A stretch of 64,000 nucleotides of DNA from a virus. Position 1 is the stretch's first letter; every line of letters begins with the position of its first letter. Below are positions 31,751 to 40,769 of the stretch, one piece after another. Both the position numbers and the translations under genes were made by a program. The stretch is taken from the IMG/VR virus record IMGVR_UViG_3300020045_004509, positions 32,001-96,000 of that record. One strand, 5' to 3'. The notes under the pieces were generated by a model. It was not told the origin of the DNA, ran no database searches, and saw nothing but the letters and a program-made list of their open reading frames with translations.

Positions 31751-32499
31751 CAGGCGTATGCTTTCAATTGAGCAAGACTTGATTCAACATCAGATGCAGC
31801 AGAAGCAACTGAATTCATTGCTGTAGTCACGGTTCCGGTCAAGGAAGAAACTGTTGATGTCAAGGCAGTTTTTACTTGCCCCATTGCATTTTCTGCCAAT
31901 TCCGTTACATCCCCCTTTACCCCAGCCGAAACAGAATCAACAAAAGAAGAAGTTCCTGATGGTAATTTAGATGCCATAGATTTCACTGACGAACATTTTG
32001 TCGCCCCAAATTTCTTAATTCCTGATACCATACCATCCATAACAGATGCAATACTATTTTTGATTGAATCTACAGATGCTTGAATATTAGTCTTGATAGA
32101 ATCCAATCCAGAAGTAAATTTGTTGATCAGGTCAATAATCTTTGTTTTCGCTGAACCAAAAAGAAGATTTACTTTTGCTAAGATAGAATCGATAAAAGAT
32201 GAAACCTTTGCCACTTGTCCTTTAACAGATGCAATGACCAATGATGCCTTTTCTGTGACTGAGGTTACTGCACTCTGAATAGTGGATGTTAAAGATTTCA
32301 CATTAGAAGAAAATTCTGGGGATGCATCTTTCACCAATGACCCAATAGTTCCAAATAGATTACAGTTGTCAATTGAAGTTGTCATGACATCATCCACCAT
32401 AGTTTCCATTGATGTCAGACTATCGGCAGCATCAACCTTGATTTGTTGCATAGCTGCGGTTAGGGTTGCTTTGTCCATCGAATCGTTTAAAAGGGCCAT
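31750..32499 (-). CDS. Ser/Ala-rich helical late protein
   Basis: Coupled to the PAAR gene; TTAAATA late promoter at 32543-32549. Confidence 0.6.
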   Translation of the reverse strand: MALLNDSMDKATLTAAMQQIKVDAADSLTSMETMVDDVMTTSIDNCNLFGTIGSLVKDASPEFSSNVKSLTSTIQSAVTSVTEKASLVIASVKGQVAKVSSFIDSILAKVNLLFGSAKTKIIDLINKFTSGLDSIKTNIQASVDSIKNSIASVMDGMVSGIKKFGATKCSSVKSMASKLPSGTSSFVDSVSAGVKGDVTELAENAMGQVKTALTSTVSSLTGTVTTAMNSVASAASDVESSLAQLKAYA

Positions 32500-32516
32500 A
32501 GGGGTCTTTAGTTGGT

Positions 32517-33893
32517 TTATAGGGGCTTGGTATAGGTTAGTCTATTTAAACGCAACCAAGACGATTCTGATGCTGTTTGGGGGGCATTTAAAGATGGTTG
32601 AAATAGATTCTTAAAGATTGCTTCTAAAACATTAACCACAATTGAATTTCCACATTGCATAGCAATAGCTTGATCAGTTATATTAGATGGACATTTCTTT
32701 AGATTAGCATAATCTTCAATTGTAAACCCCATAAGCTTTAATCGTTCAATTGGGGTCAACATACGAATCCGATATTGATCAGTAAAAATTCTCGGAAGAT
32801 CATACTTACCTGACATCAAAGTTGGGGCTGGTCTTGCTTCAACATCCAACCTTTGCATTGTCTTATAGACAGAATAACCTTCAAGGGTAATTGGATTTGA
32901 TACTAAAACTTTTGGTCGTTCTTTAGAATCCCCAGCAGTAAGAGTAACTAAAAATCCAGATTCTGGACACACAACATTATCTTGTTTATAGATAGTTGCC
33001 CCAAGGATAAATTTATCTTCAACTAACCCTTTCTGAATGCCCCCATCAGAAATCTTATCAGACAATTCTTTCGGAAGAAATTTCATCAATCTATCCATAT
33101 AGTATTTTTCATCCACAATCGGATCAAGAACATCTTTCAGAGTCTTGGATGTACGTTTACCCCTTGGGAAAGCAAATGTGCTAAATGAAATATTCTTATC
33201 ATGGGTATTATCATTCAGAATAGATACAGCGAATACCCTTTGACGAATCTGTGGTATTCCAAAATCAGTTGCAATCAAAGTATCATACTTGGTTTCATAC
33301 CCCAATGTTTCCAAAAAGTTAATCCAGATATTGAAATGGGCCAAATGTTTAGATTGAAGTAGGGCCGCTACATTTTCCATCAGAAGATATGAAGGAAGCC
33401 GATTTTCTTCTTTCAATTCAAGAAGAATCCGTTCAATTTCCCAAAGTAATGATGATGAAGTTTTTGTTCCCTTAGCTAGTCCTTTTTGTTGACCAGCAAT
33501 AGAAATTGCCTGACACGGAAATGAATATGTCAGAAGATCAATATTCGGAAGATTCTTTCCTTGAATTTCTAAAATCGATCCAAAATTATTTGATACCAAA
33601 TGGCATTTGTATAGTTCCCGAAGTTTCACTGGATTCAATTTTGATAGATTCTCATATGGATGTTTACCATCAGAAGAAAATGTAAACTTAGATAGTTCTT
33701 CTAAAATAGTCTTATCATCAGGAATAACCATCTGTTGAATCAGATCAAGATGATGAATATACCCATACGAAATAATAGAATCAATATTCCATTCAGAAAT
33801 GGCAACTACTTCATGATTGACCCCAATATTTTTCAGGGCTTTTGTTTGGGCACCAATACCAGCAAATGTTTCAAATACTTTCAATGTTTTCAT
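32517..33893 (-). CDS. C5-cytosine DNA methyltransferase
   Basis: FAGIGA (I), YSFPCQ (IV), MENV (VI), QIRQRVF (VIII), RMLTPIERLKLMGF (IX), GNSIVV (X). Confidence 0.93.
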   Translation of the reverse strand: MKTLKVFETFAGIGAQTKALKNIGVNHEVVAISEWNIDSIISYGYIHHLDLIQQMVIPDDKTILEELSKFTFSSDGKHPYENLSKLNPVKLRELYKCHLVSNNFGSILEIQGKNLPNIDLLTYSFPCQAISIAGQQKGLAKGTKTSSSLLWEIERILLELKEENRLPSYLLMENVAALLQSKHLAHFNIWINFLETLGYETKYDTLIATDFGIPQIRQRVFAVSILNDNTHDKNISFSTFAFPRGKRTSKTLKDVLDPIVDEKYYMDRLMKFLPKELSDKISDGGIQKGLVEDKFILGATIYKQDNVVCPESGFLVTLTAGDSKERPKVLVSNPITLEGYSVYKTMQRLDVEARPAPTLMSGKYDLPRIFTDQYRIRMLTPIERLKLMGFTIEDYANLKKCPSNITDQAIAMQCGNSIVVNVLEAIFKNLFQPSLNAPQTASESSWLRLNRLTYTKPL

Positions 33894-35212
33894 TTCAGGG
33901 TAGCCAGAGCTTTTTCAAAGTTTTGTTTAGGGGTAGTCAGATTCAGATCAACTAACTTGACAGTGTTTTCGTTAATCAAAGAATCTAACTTAGAAATTTC
34001 ATCGATAGTGCATTCATATAAAGGAATCCGAATGAATGTCTTACCATGATCCAATCCAGTCACATGTTCAAAAACAAAATCCAACAGATCACATTTGGTC
34101 ATCTTCTTGAAGTTGAATGTTTCCTTGATAACTTCAGAAATAAATTTCTTCTTGTCAATCAGATATTGTAGTTCGGTTTCAATCTTTTTAACGTCATAGT
34201 TGATCTTATCTTGAAATTTAGTCAATCGGTAATCACAGAAATAAGCAATTAGTTCTGCAACAGATTTGAAGATTTTCAGTTTACCATCAATACCTAATGT
34301 AGTCAAGTTTTCTGTATGAAATTTCTGAAGTTTGAAATACTTGATTGGGTCTTTATCAATAGATTCTTTTTGCGCGCCAGTGGTTTTGATTGAGAATGAG
34401 AACCCCTGATCTGAACAAGAGTCTTCGTAGTCCTTAATCAAATCCTTATCAACCATTGTGTTCAAAGCAGTGATATACGATTCCCTTGAATACCCAACAG
34501 GTAGTTCAGAAATCTTATATGTGTACTTTCCAACGTATTCAACTATACCTAATGTTGACCATGAAGTTTCAGATTCCTTTTGGATAATACCATTGAAATG
34601 AGGAAATGTTGGGGGAATGGGTTCATTTGCATCTAAAAACTTCTTGGGATTCTTTAGATAGTCTTTTGTTGCTTTGGTAATGTCTTTGATTGAGTGGGGC
34701 AAAATATTGCAAGCAAAACCTACCGCTAGGCCAGATACACCATTGCAAATTACCCATGGAATAATAGGAAGATAATGAATCGGCTCGGGTGATTCTTCAT
34801 CATTAGATGATTGGGTGACTTCATTATCAATGAAAATCTTTTTGAATTCCGGGGATAATGAACAGAAAATATAACGGGCTGCTGCACTTTCTGGAATCAA
34901 TCTTGACCCAAAATTTCCATATCCCTCAAAGACAGGGCAATTATTATTCCAATCTGCGGTTAATGTAACAATAGCCCCTTCAGCAGATGCCTCCCCATGA
35001 TGAAATCCGTACTTAGCAATGCTTGCAGCCAATTCTGCACATTTTACCCGTTTTGTTGGATACTCTGTCAACATAGAATAAACCAATTTCCTAGCAGAAT
35101 TTTTCAGTCCATCAATTGCAGACGGAATCGCTCGATTCTGAAGAACATACATTGAGTAATCCAGTAGATCAGTGTCAACGATTTCGGTAATAGTTTTATT
35201 AGTAATTTTCAT
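33890..35212 (-). CDS. 52: DNA topoisomerase II subunit gp52 (GyrA/ParC-like)
   Basis: RAIPSAIDGLK, HHGEASA, GNFGSR, AAARY catalytic Tyr; start overlaps the gene 60 stop. Confidence 0.95.
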   Translation of the reverse strand: MKITNKTITEIVDTDLLDYSMYVLQNRAIPSAIDGLKNSARKLVYSMLTEYPTKRVKCAELAASIAKYGFHHGEASAEGAIVTLTADWNNNCPVFEGYGNFGSRLIPESAAARYIFCSLSPEFKKIFIDNEVTQSSNDEESPEPIHYLPIIPWVICNGVSGLAVGFACNILPHSIKDITKATKDYLKNPKKFLDANEPIPPTFPHFNGIIQKESETSWSTLGIVEYVGKYTYKISELPVGYSRESYITALNTMVDKDLIKDYEDSCSDQGFSFSIKTTGAQKESIDKDPIKYFKLQKFHTENLTTLGIDGKLKIFKSVAELIAYFCDYRLTKFQDKINYDVKKIETELQYLIDKKKFISEVIKETFNFKKMTKCDLLDFVFEHVTGLDHGKTFIRIPLYECTIDEISKLDSLINENTVKLVDLNLTTPKQNFEKALATLK

Positions 35213-35735
35213 TTCAACATCCATTCTTTACGGGCTTGGGCATTATCACCAAAAAACATTTTTAAGTGATCCAAGTCTTGTTTGTTCGCAGACACTTCAA
35301 TCAGATTAGAATTCACTAAACATTCCTTATATACTTCCTTTGGCATGGAACCAAGACCTTTGAAGAATTGTACATCATAACCCTTTGAATTGAACTTATC
35401 AAATTCTTCTTTTGTATAAAAAGTTTTGATGTCTTTACCCTTTTTGCAGTAGTAAAGGGGGGCAAGACAGCGATACACCCGTTTTTCTTCAAATAGCTCA
35501 GGCCAATTTGATAGAAGATTCAATAACAACCCGAAAATATGTGACCCAATATCTCTTTTGATGTGTATTTTATAGGTAGCCGAAGCTACCCATCTTTATC
35601 TAAATCGGTAAATGCAATAATTTTACCATAGTTAATAGTAGATGTTCTTGCCGTTTTTTTGATTACGTTTTGATTTGCAAAATATGCATCCATGTTAGAT
35701 TTGGTTGGTTGAATTTTCTTTATTTCTGGCTTCAT
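35209..35735 (-). CDS. 60: Topoisomerase II small subunit gp60, interrupted by a 44-nt coding gap (join 35735-35589 and 35544-35209; 160 aa)
   Basis: Upstream 49 codons end INYGKIIAFTDLDKDG-TAG; downstream frame resumes SHIFGLLLNLLSNWPELF...KGLGS...RKEWM; joining restores the TOPRIM DxDxDGSHI motif. Confidence 0.9.
35545..35593 (-). other. Programmed translational bypass signal
   Basis: Take-off GGG 35591-35589, TAG, hairpin ATGGGTAGC-TTCG-GCTACCTAT, mini-SD GAG 5 nt before landing GGG 35547-35545. Confidence 0.85.
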
Positions 35736-36981
35736 ATATTCTCTCTAAACAGATTGTTAATTTTTCTTCGGTAGACTGATAATCCCAAATTTCAAATAGA
35801 TTATACCCTCGTTCTATAGCAAAATTATTTTTAAGGCGATCTTTCTGTTCTTTTTGCTCTGCTGTAGTGGTTGGGTGAAATGGCATTCTCCAAGTTTCAT
35901 ATTTTTCATCAGACAATCGATCTTTTCTTGGATGCCATAAAGCACCATTGTATTCAATGATAATATTTAATGGTAAAAGACAAAAATCATATAGTTCACC
36001 ATTAAGAACCGTTTCATCCATTAAACAAAATTCTTTAGACCCATTAACCCCAAACATCATATCACTACGCAGATACCCAAGTCGCCTAAGTTTCCTATAC
36101 AATTTAATGAAAAACTTATTTGCTTCTCTTGATGAAGTACCAAAATATTCTGTTGACGACATCAATCGACGCTTATATATCAATTCGCCTTCAACTGCCC
36201 CATATTTTTCAATCAACCCATCTAAAGAACTAGAGTATACCGAACGGGCAATATTTTCATTATATCTTCTGGTTCCTTCTTCCACCCCATATTTATTAAA
36301 CCAATAATCAAGTTTTGATGGATTTTCAAACATTGATTCTGGATGGGTATCTTTGAATTCTTTACACCAAAAATTTCTTGAATTTACGATAGCCTGCGAT
36401 TCTTCTTCAGTATGTCCTTTACCAACCCAATACAATTTTGAAAATGGATTATTTGAAATATCGTCAAACCAACCATTTGCCCGTTGAGTAGCCTTTCCTT
36501 TCGTGCCTTTGTTTGACAAATATTCTTGCACCAATGCTTCATCATTAAACAGTTTAAATAATTCTGCCTTTGACATAGAATTTATACCACGCTTGGCTAA
36601 TACACCACAATGTTTAGTGTTTGGGTCATTGAATGCTGAATTGAATGCTTTTTGTCCTTTATTAGTAAGTTTTAGTTTTGCGTCATCTACACTTAGGCCA
36701 GCACATGTAGTTAAAAACTCTAATGATACAGGATTCAATGTTCTGCATTTACATCCAGTAGTACCACAAAAATACGGTGAATTTTTATAATCCAAGTATG
36801 ATATACCATCGACAACAACCACTAATTTTACCTTAGAATAATTATCGGAAAAATAACATTTATTTCCTTTGAACATATGTTCATATGAACCATATTTTCC
36901 TCTTGTATATTTTCCTATTATAATTTTTAATGTTTGTTCGGATTTCCCATCAAATACTTGACTATCAAATATTGTTTTCAT
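35695..36981 (-). CDS. Free-standing homing endonuclease, Vsr/DUF559-like PD-(D/E)XK fold
   Basis: KYGxEEG repeats, then YDF.....IIIEYNGALWH...KDRLK...A.ERGYNLFEIW; lies between genes 39 and 60; CTAAATA at 37008-37014. Confidence 0.75.
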   Translation of the reverse strand: MKTIFDSQVFDGKSEQTLKIIIGKYTRGKYGSYEHMFKGNKCYFSDNYSKVKLVVVVDGISYLDYKNSPYFCGTTGCKCRTLNPVSLEFLTTCAGLSVDDAKLKLTNKGQKAFNSAFNDPNTKHCGVLAKRGINSMSKAELFKLFNDEALVQEYLSNKGTKGKATQRANGWFDDISNNPFSKLYWVGKGHTEEESQAIVNSRNFWCKEFKDTHPESMFENPSKLDYWFNKYGVEEGTRRYNENIARSVYSSSLDGLIEKYGAVEGELIYKRRLMSSTEYFGTSSREANKFFIKLYRKLRRLGYLRSDMMFGVNGSKEFCLMDETVLNGELYDFCLLPLNIIIEYNGALWHPRKDRLSDEKYETWRMPFHPTTTAEQKEQKDRLKNNFAIERGYNLFEIWDYQSTEEKLTICLERIYEARNKENSTNQI

Positions 36982-37010
36982 TATATTCCTTGGTTGTCGT
37001 AATGGATTAT

Positions 37011-38591
37011 TTAGGGTCGCTTTATACCATCAACATCAACATCAGATAACAAAGTTTTTACCAACATTTCTTTACCTTTATGTATGATAATATCATCAAT
37101 TCCTACGATATAAGCGATGCCATCAAGGACAATTTCAAATAATGATTCAACGATAACTGCTGGTTTACCAAATTCTAATCCAAGAATAGAAGTAAGTTCA
37201 GCAATTTCTTTGTTCTTCATGATATCAATTGGTTTCATCCCATCAATATTCATCACCTTGCCCTTCAAAGGGTAGGCTGCATCAGTTTTTGGATTCCGAA
37301 CTGCGATATGTGGCCCTAATGCTGATAATCCTTCTACAATAAAAATTCTACGTTTTTCTGGATCACTATCAGTGGCAGCTATGTGATTAACAATCCGTAC
37401 CTTAGCAACTGCTTTCTGCTTCTTAGCAAGTAATGCTGCTTCTTCCCTTTCCTTCTTATAAAGAATAGCTGAAATAATCGGATCAATGATTTCGGGTGTA
37501 TTCAGAATTTGCTTTGAAATTTTATCAAAGTCAATATCTTTCAAGTGGGCAGAAACTTCTGCTACTGTGTTTGTTATCCTCATTTTGGTTTGAGAGTCGA
37601 AGCGACAGTTAACGACCCCCCGAAGAATAGAAACAAACGTCAAGTGTTGTTTGATATTGTTCGGAAGAACATCAATCTTATGTTTTTTCTTAATATATTC
37701 CCGAAGATTAGCAATGACTTGATCCATGACAAACGATACATGGGAACCGCCATCTTTAATCCAAAGACCATTCACGTATGAATGTAAGCGAAATTCTTCA
37801 TCCTTTCCAGATGGCCCGAAAATCAATACATTTTTTTCATCTTGTCCAATAACAAATGGTGAACAATACTTTGCTGCGTAATCTTTGATAGATTTGATTT
37901 TGATTTTTTCATCGTTGAACGAAAATGTAATATCTGGATAACAAACTGCAAGATTTTCTAATCTATCCCGAATGAAGTCAATGTGATCTTTGGAAATTGT
38001 GTTAATACCAAACGATTGAATATCAGGAACAAAACTAACACGGGTAAAATGTTTCGTTGAAGGATTCGTTTCTACAGATTTTATCTTAGCAGATTTTCCA
38101 ACAGTAAGTTTCAAGTATGTTTTTCCATCAGACGTTTCCCCAATGAATTCAGATGAAAACACTAAGGTAGCGAAACTTCCAACACCATTCGCCCCAATTG
38201 TTTCCCTATCATCAGAAAAGTTTGACCCTGATCTGGCTTGCGTCCAAGCAATAACTGGTTGGTATGTTTTACCGTGTAGAATAACAGGGATGCCTCGCCC
38301 ATTGTCTTCAATGATAACACGCCAAAAATCACCAGAACATATATCACTTTCCTTCTTAATAGACACACTAATCTTATTAGCAAACTTAAATTGTGTTCGG
38401 ATAGCCTCATCAATTGAGTTATCGCAGATTTCTGAAATAATTTTCAGAAGGCCGGGAATAACATTCAGGGTACTTTGTGTCCCAAAAAACATACCAGAAA
38501 CAGGCTCAACTGATGTTGCTCCTATATACATAGCAGGACGTTTTTTCAAATGTTGAGCATCAGTTAATACTTCAAAATTATCGGTTGCCAT
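37011..38591 (-). CDS. 39: DNA topoisomerase II ATPase subunit gp39
   Basis: RPAMYIG, EICDNSIDE, DNGRGIP, GSNF, GANGVGS, FDSQTK, VEGLSA, PLKGK; ends in a T4 gp39-like extension after LGLEFG. Confidence 0.95.
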   Translation of the reverse strand: MATDNFEVLTDAQHLKKRPAMYIGATSVEPVSGMFFGTQSTLNVIPGLLKIISEICDNSIDEAIRTQFKFANKISVSIKKESDICSGDFWRVIIEDNGRGIPVILHGKTYQPVIAWTQARSGSNFSDDRETIGANGVGSFATLVFSSEFIGETSDGKTYLKLTVGKSAKIKSVETNPSTKHFTRVSFVPDIQSFGINTISKDHIDFIRDRLENLAVCYPDITFSFNDEKIKIKSIKDYAAKYCSPFVIGQDEKNVLIFGPSGKDEEFRLHSYVNGLWIKDGGSHVSFVMDQVIANLREYIKKKHKIDVLPNNIKQHLTFVSILRGVVNCRFDSQTKMRITNTVAEVSAHLKDIDFDKISKQILNTPEIIDPIISAILYKKEREEAALLAKKQKAVAKVRIVNHIAATDSDPEKRRIFIVEGLSALGPHIAVRNPKTDAAYPLKGKVMNIDGMKPIDIMKNKEIAELTSILGLEFGKPAVIVESLFEIVLDGIAYIVGIDDIIIHKGKEMLVKTLLSDVDVDGIKRP

Positions 38592-38604
38592 ATTTTCTTT
38601 CTTA

Positions 38605-38841
38605 TTATAGTTCGTACAAATATTCTTTAGCCTTCTTAACCAACAATTTAGATGGTTTCCCCTGTTTCATTCGTGCATCATAGTATTTGCGCCATTCAGA
38701 TTTTCGATAATCCATGTCGGTACTAATATATACGTTGTTTATTTCGCAATCATATGTAGCAAGGGTAGAAATGTCTTTTGCCCATTCAATGTAGTCAGGG
38801 TTGAATGCAGGAGGGGGATTTTCATGCCAATAGGTAAACAT
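38605..38841 (-). CDS. Small early hypothetical protein
   Basis: Promoter cassette at 38867-38875 and AAAGGAA SD. Confidence 0.65.
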   Translation of the reverse strand: MFTYWHENPPPAFNPDYIEWAKDISTLATYDCEINNVYISTDMDYRKSEWRKYYDARMKQGKPSKLLVKKAKEYLYEL

Positions 38842-38876
38842 TTTGTTCCTTTGTTTTCAAAACTGAATTATACCAT

Positions 38877-38903
38877 AAAAGAAAACCAGCAATTCGCTGG
38901 TTT
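38877..38903 (-). terminator. Intrinsic terminator
   Basis: AAACCAGC-GAATT-GCTGGTTT followed by TCTTTT on the - strand. Confidence 0.7.
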
Positions 38904-39073
38904 AGATTTGCTTTGAAGTCATTATCTTCTTCAGCCAAAGCATGGCATTCCAGTTTACGCTGGTTCGGTGAACAGGGGCTAGTCTGGATTAAGCCTTAGA
39001 GTGCTCATTTATTTAGGAATTTCCTAAATGTAATTTGGCGAATCTTGTCTGACACAGTAAGATTCAAGTTACA

Positions 39074-39155
39074 GTAAATATATGTAGTCAGATAAGAAGT
39101 TCCAAGTTCTTATCAACACAGTACGGATACCTGTGCTGTCCTACTTTATATTTAC
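39074..39155 (+). promoter_or_regulatory. Structured leader with late TAAATA box upstream of endonuclease gene (copy 1)
   Basis: GTAAATATA/TATATTTAC closing stem, GATAAGAA/TTCTTATC, AACACAGTACGG-ATAC-CTGTGCTGTCC. Confidence 0.7.
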
Positions 39156-39168
39156 CGGAGACAATTCA

Positions 39169-39969
39169 ATGTCATATAAAAGATACACCGTATCATGCCT
39201 ACTTTGCAAATCAGAAGTTTCTACTGGCAGTTTACATAAGCATTACAACTCAAAACAATGTCAATCTGGTGGTAAAGCTGTATTTGTTAAATCGGATGAA
39301 TATGAATCCAGAAAAAGCAGATCACATTGCATATTTTGTAATAAAGAATGTAAAACATTTCATTCATTAACAGCACATGAAATTTCATGTAGAGATAACC
39401 CAAACAAAAAAATATCAATTACTGAAAATAAACGGAACACTGGTGGAAACGCATGGAATAAAGGTCTAACAAAAGAAACCGATTGTCGTGTTGCTGCTAA
39501 TGGTAAAACGTTATCGGAAAACATTGCTTCCGGGAAAACAGTAATGCCACCACCAAGTAAAAAATCTAAAGAGGGGTTACAAAGATTGAGGGAATGTGCC
39601 ATCAGTAGAGGGTTAGGTGGGGTCAGACAGTCACGAAAAATTGAGTACAATGGTGTCAAATTAGGGTCATCATATGAAGTTACTTTAGCTATATCTCTTG
39701 ATAAAAATAATATTATATGGGAAATACCTAAACGTATAAAATATACTGATAATTTAGGCAAAGAACGTACATACACCGCAGATTTCTATTTACCTAAATA
39801 TGATATTTACTTAGACCCAAAGAATGATTTTTTAATTAATAATATAAATCCAAAATTAGGATTTAAAGATATCGATAAAATAAAATGGGTTCAACAACAA
39901 AATGATGTACAGGTACACATTCTAAATAAAACTCAGCTTTCATGGGAATATATAGCTACATTATTATAG
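39169..39969 (+). CDS. Putative homing endonuclease (Zn fingers plus PD-(D/E)XK)
   Basis: CLLC..H, CIFC...H...C, AWNKGLTKETD.RV, SSYE, YTADFYLPKYDIYLDPK; GGAG SD before ATG 39169. Confidence 0.75.
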   Translation: MSYKRYTVSCLLCKSEVSTGSLHKHYNSKQCQSGGKAVFVKSDEYESRKSRSHCIFCNKECKTFHSLTAHEISCRDNPNKKISITENKRNTGGNAWNKGLTKETDCRVAANGKTLSENIASGKTVMPPPSKKSKEGLQRLRECAISRGLGGVRQSRKIEYNGVKLGSSYEVTLAISLDKNNIIWEIPKRIKYTDNLGKERTYTADFYLPKYDIYLDPKNDFLINNINPKLGFKDIDKIKWVQQQNDVQVHILNKTQLSWEYIATLL

Positions 39970-40001
39970 TTGATATCCCAATAATCGAAATCGGCTAATT
40001 T

Positions 40002-40079
40002 TGGCTCCGGTAGTTGAAATCGAATCAACTTAAACAGTGAGTAACAGTCACGCCCTTGTCCATACTTGGGTTTACCGGA
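40002..40079 (-). tRNA. tRNA-Asn(GTT)
   Basis: TCCGGTA/TACCGGA acceptor with GCCA end, GTGA-CTGTTAC-TCAC anticodon arm, GTTGA-TTCGATT-TCAAC T arm. Confidence 0.88.
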
Positions 40080-40090
40080 TTATATTCTAT

Positions 40091-40519
40091 TTAGATGCCA
40101 ACTTCTTCAATGATTTGGGCAACTGCTTGTTTCAATACATCGGAAATTGCAGAATGTTTAAAATCAAACATCGTGAATGCTGCCAAAGTGCTATCGGAAA
40201 GTTGATCCATACCATCAAGATTCAGGGCAACATATTCAACAGTAAGAGCCCCTGTTCGGGTCAGCATATTACCATAAGCATAGCTACCGCAAGCATCCAT
40301 TTCATCAATAATGGTCGTTTCCATCCACGTAAGATTTTTCAAAAGATTATCTTTGGAAATTTCCCGACCAATTTGTTTGTTGTAAGCATCCCCTTTGCGT
40401 TTTAGGGAATACCCAAACAATACATAATCTTCAGTTCGGAAGTAAGCAATTGTTACCCCCCGTTCATTGGTATCAAAATTTACGTGAACGTAACGGATTT
40501 GGTTTAGTTGTTGTGCCAT
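40091..40519 (-). CDS. Hypothetical protein
   Basis: Likely start MAQQL after AAAGGA; GVTIAY...DAYNKQIGR motif. Confidence 0.65.
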   Translation of the reverse strand: MAQQLNQIRYVHVNFDTNERGVTIAYFRTEDYVLFGYSLKRKGDAYNKQIGREISKDNLLKNLTWMETTIIDEMDACGSYAYGNMLTRTGALTVEYVALNLDGMDQLSDSTLAAFTMFDFKHSAISDVLKQAVAQIIEEVGI

Positions 40520-40769
40520 GATAAAATTTCCTTTAAGCAAAAAATGTTGAATACGAGGTTGCCTTTTTTGGGGGCAGTTTCTTGATTGAGTTGACCGGGT
40601 GCAGAAGCCATTTTGTTCCAAGTTTTTCCTTGGCTTCTTTCAATTTTTCTTCATTGCGTTCCTGCAATGTTTTCAAACTTGGGGTAACAATGAGTTGCAT
40701 AGATTTCCTTTGATAAAGACAGAACAATTTCTGTCTTGTTTTTGTGAACGAATTATAACCTAATTTTTC

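Noticed and set aside
35209-35735. Gene 60 as a pseudogene, sequencing frameshift or intron-split gene
   Set aside because: The gap carries matched codons, a stop, a UUCG hairpin and a mini-SD as in T4 bypassing; 44 nt is too short for a self-splicing intron; the ORF-track TTG start at 35529 would lose the TOPRIM acidic motif
35695-36981. Endonuclease inside a group I intron or intein in topoisomerase
   Set aside because: gp39 has its own tail and stop, gene 60 has its own start, only about 30 nt separate the ORFs, and no intein terminal residues are present
38905-38945. Hammerhead ribozyme (CTGAAGA on the - strand)
   Set aside because: The required GAAA after stem II reads CAAA and stems I/III cannot be built
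39074-39155. Endonuclease leader as a hammerhead ribozyme
   Set aside because: Three-way junction, but the CUGANGA and GAAA core is absent on both strands
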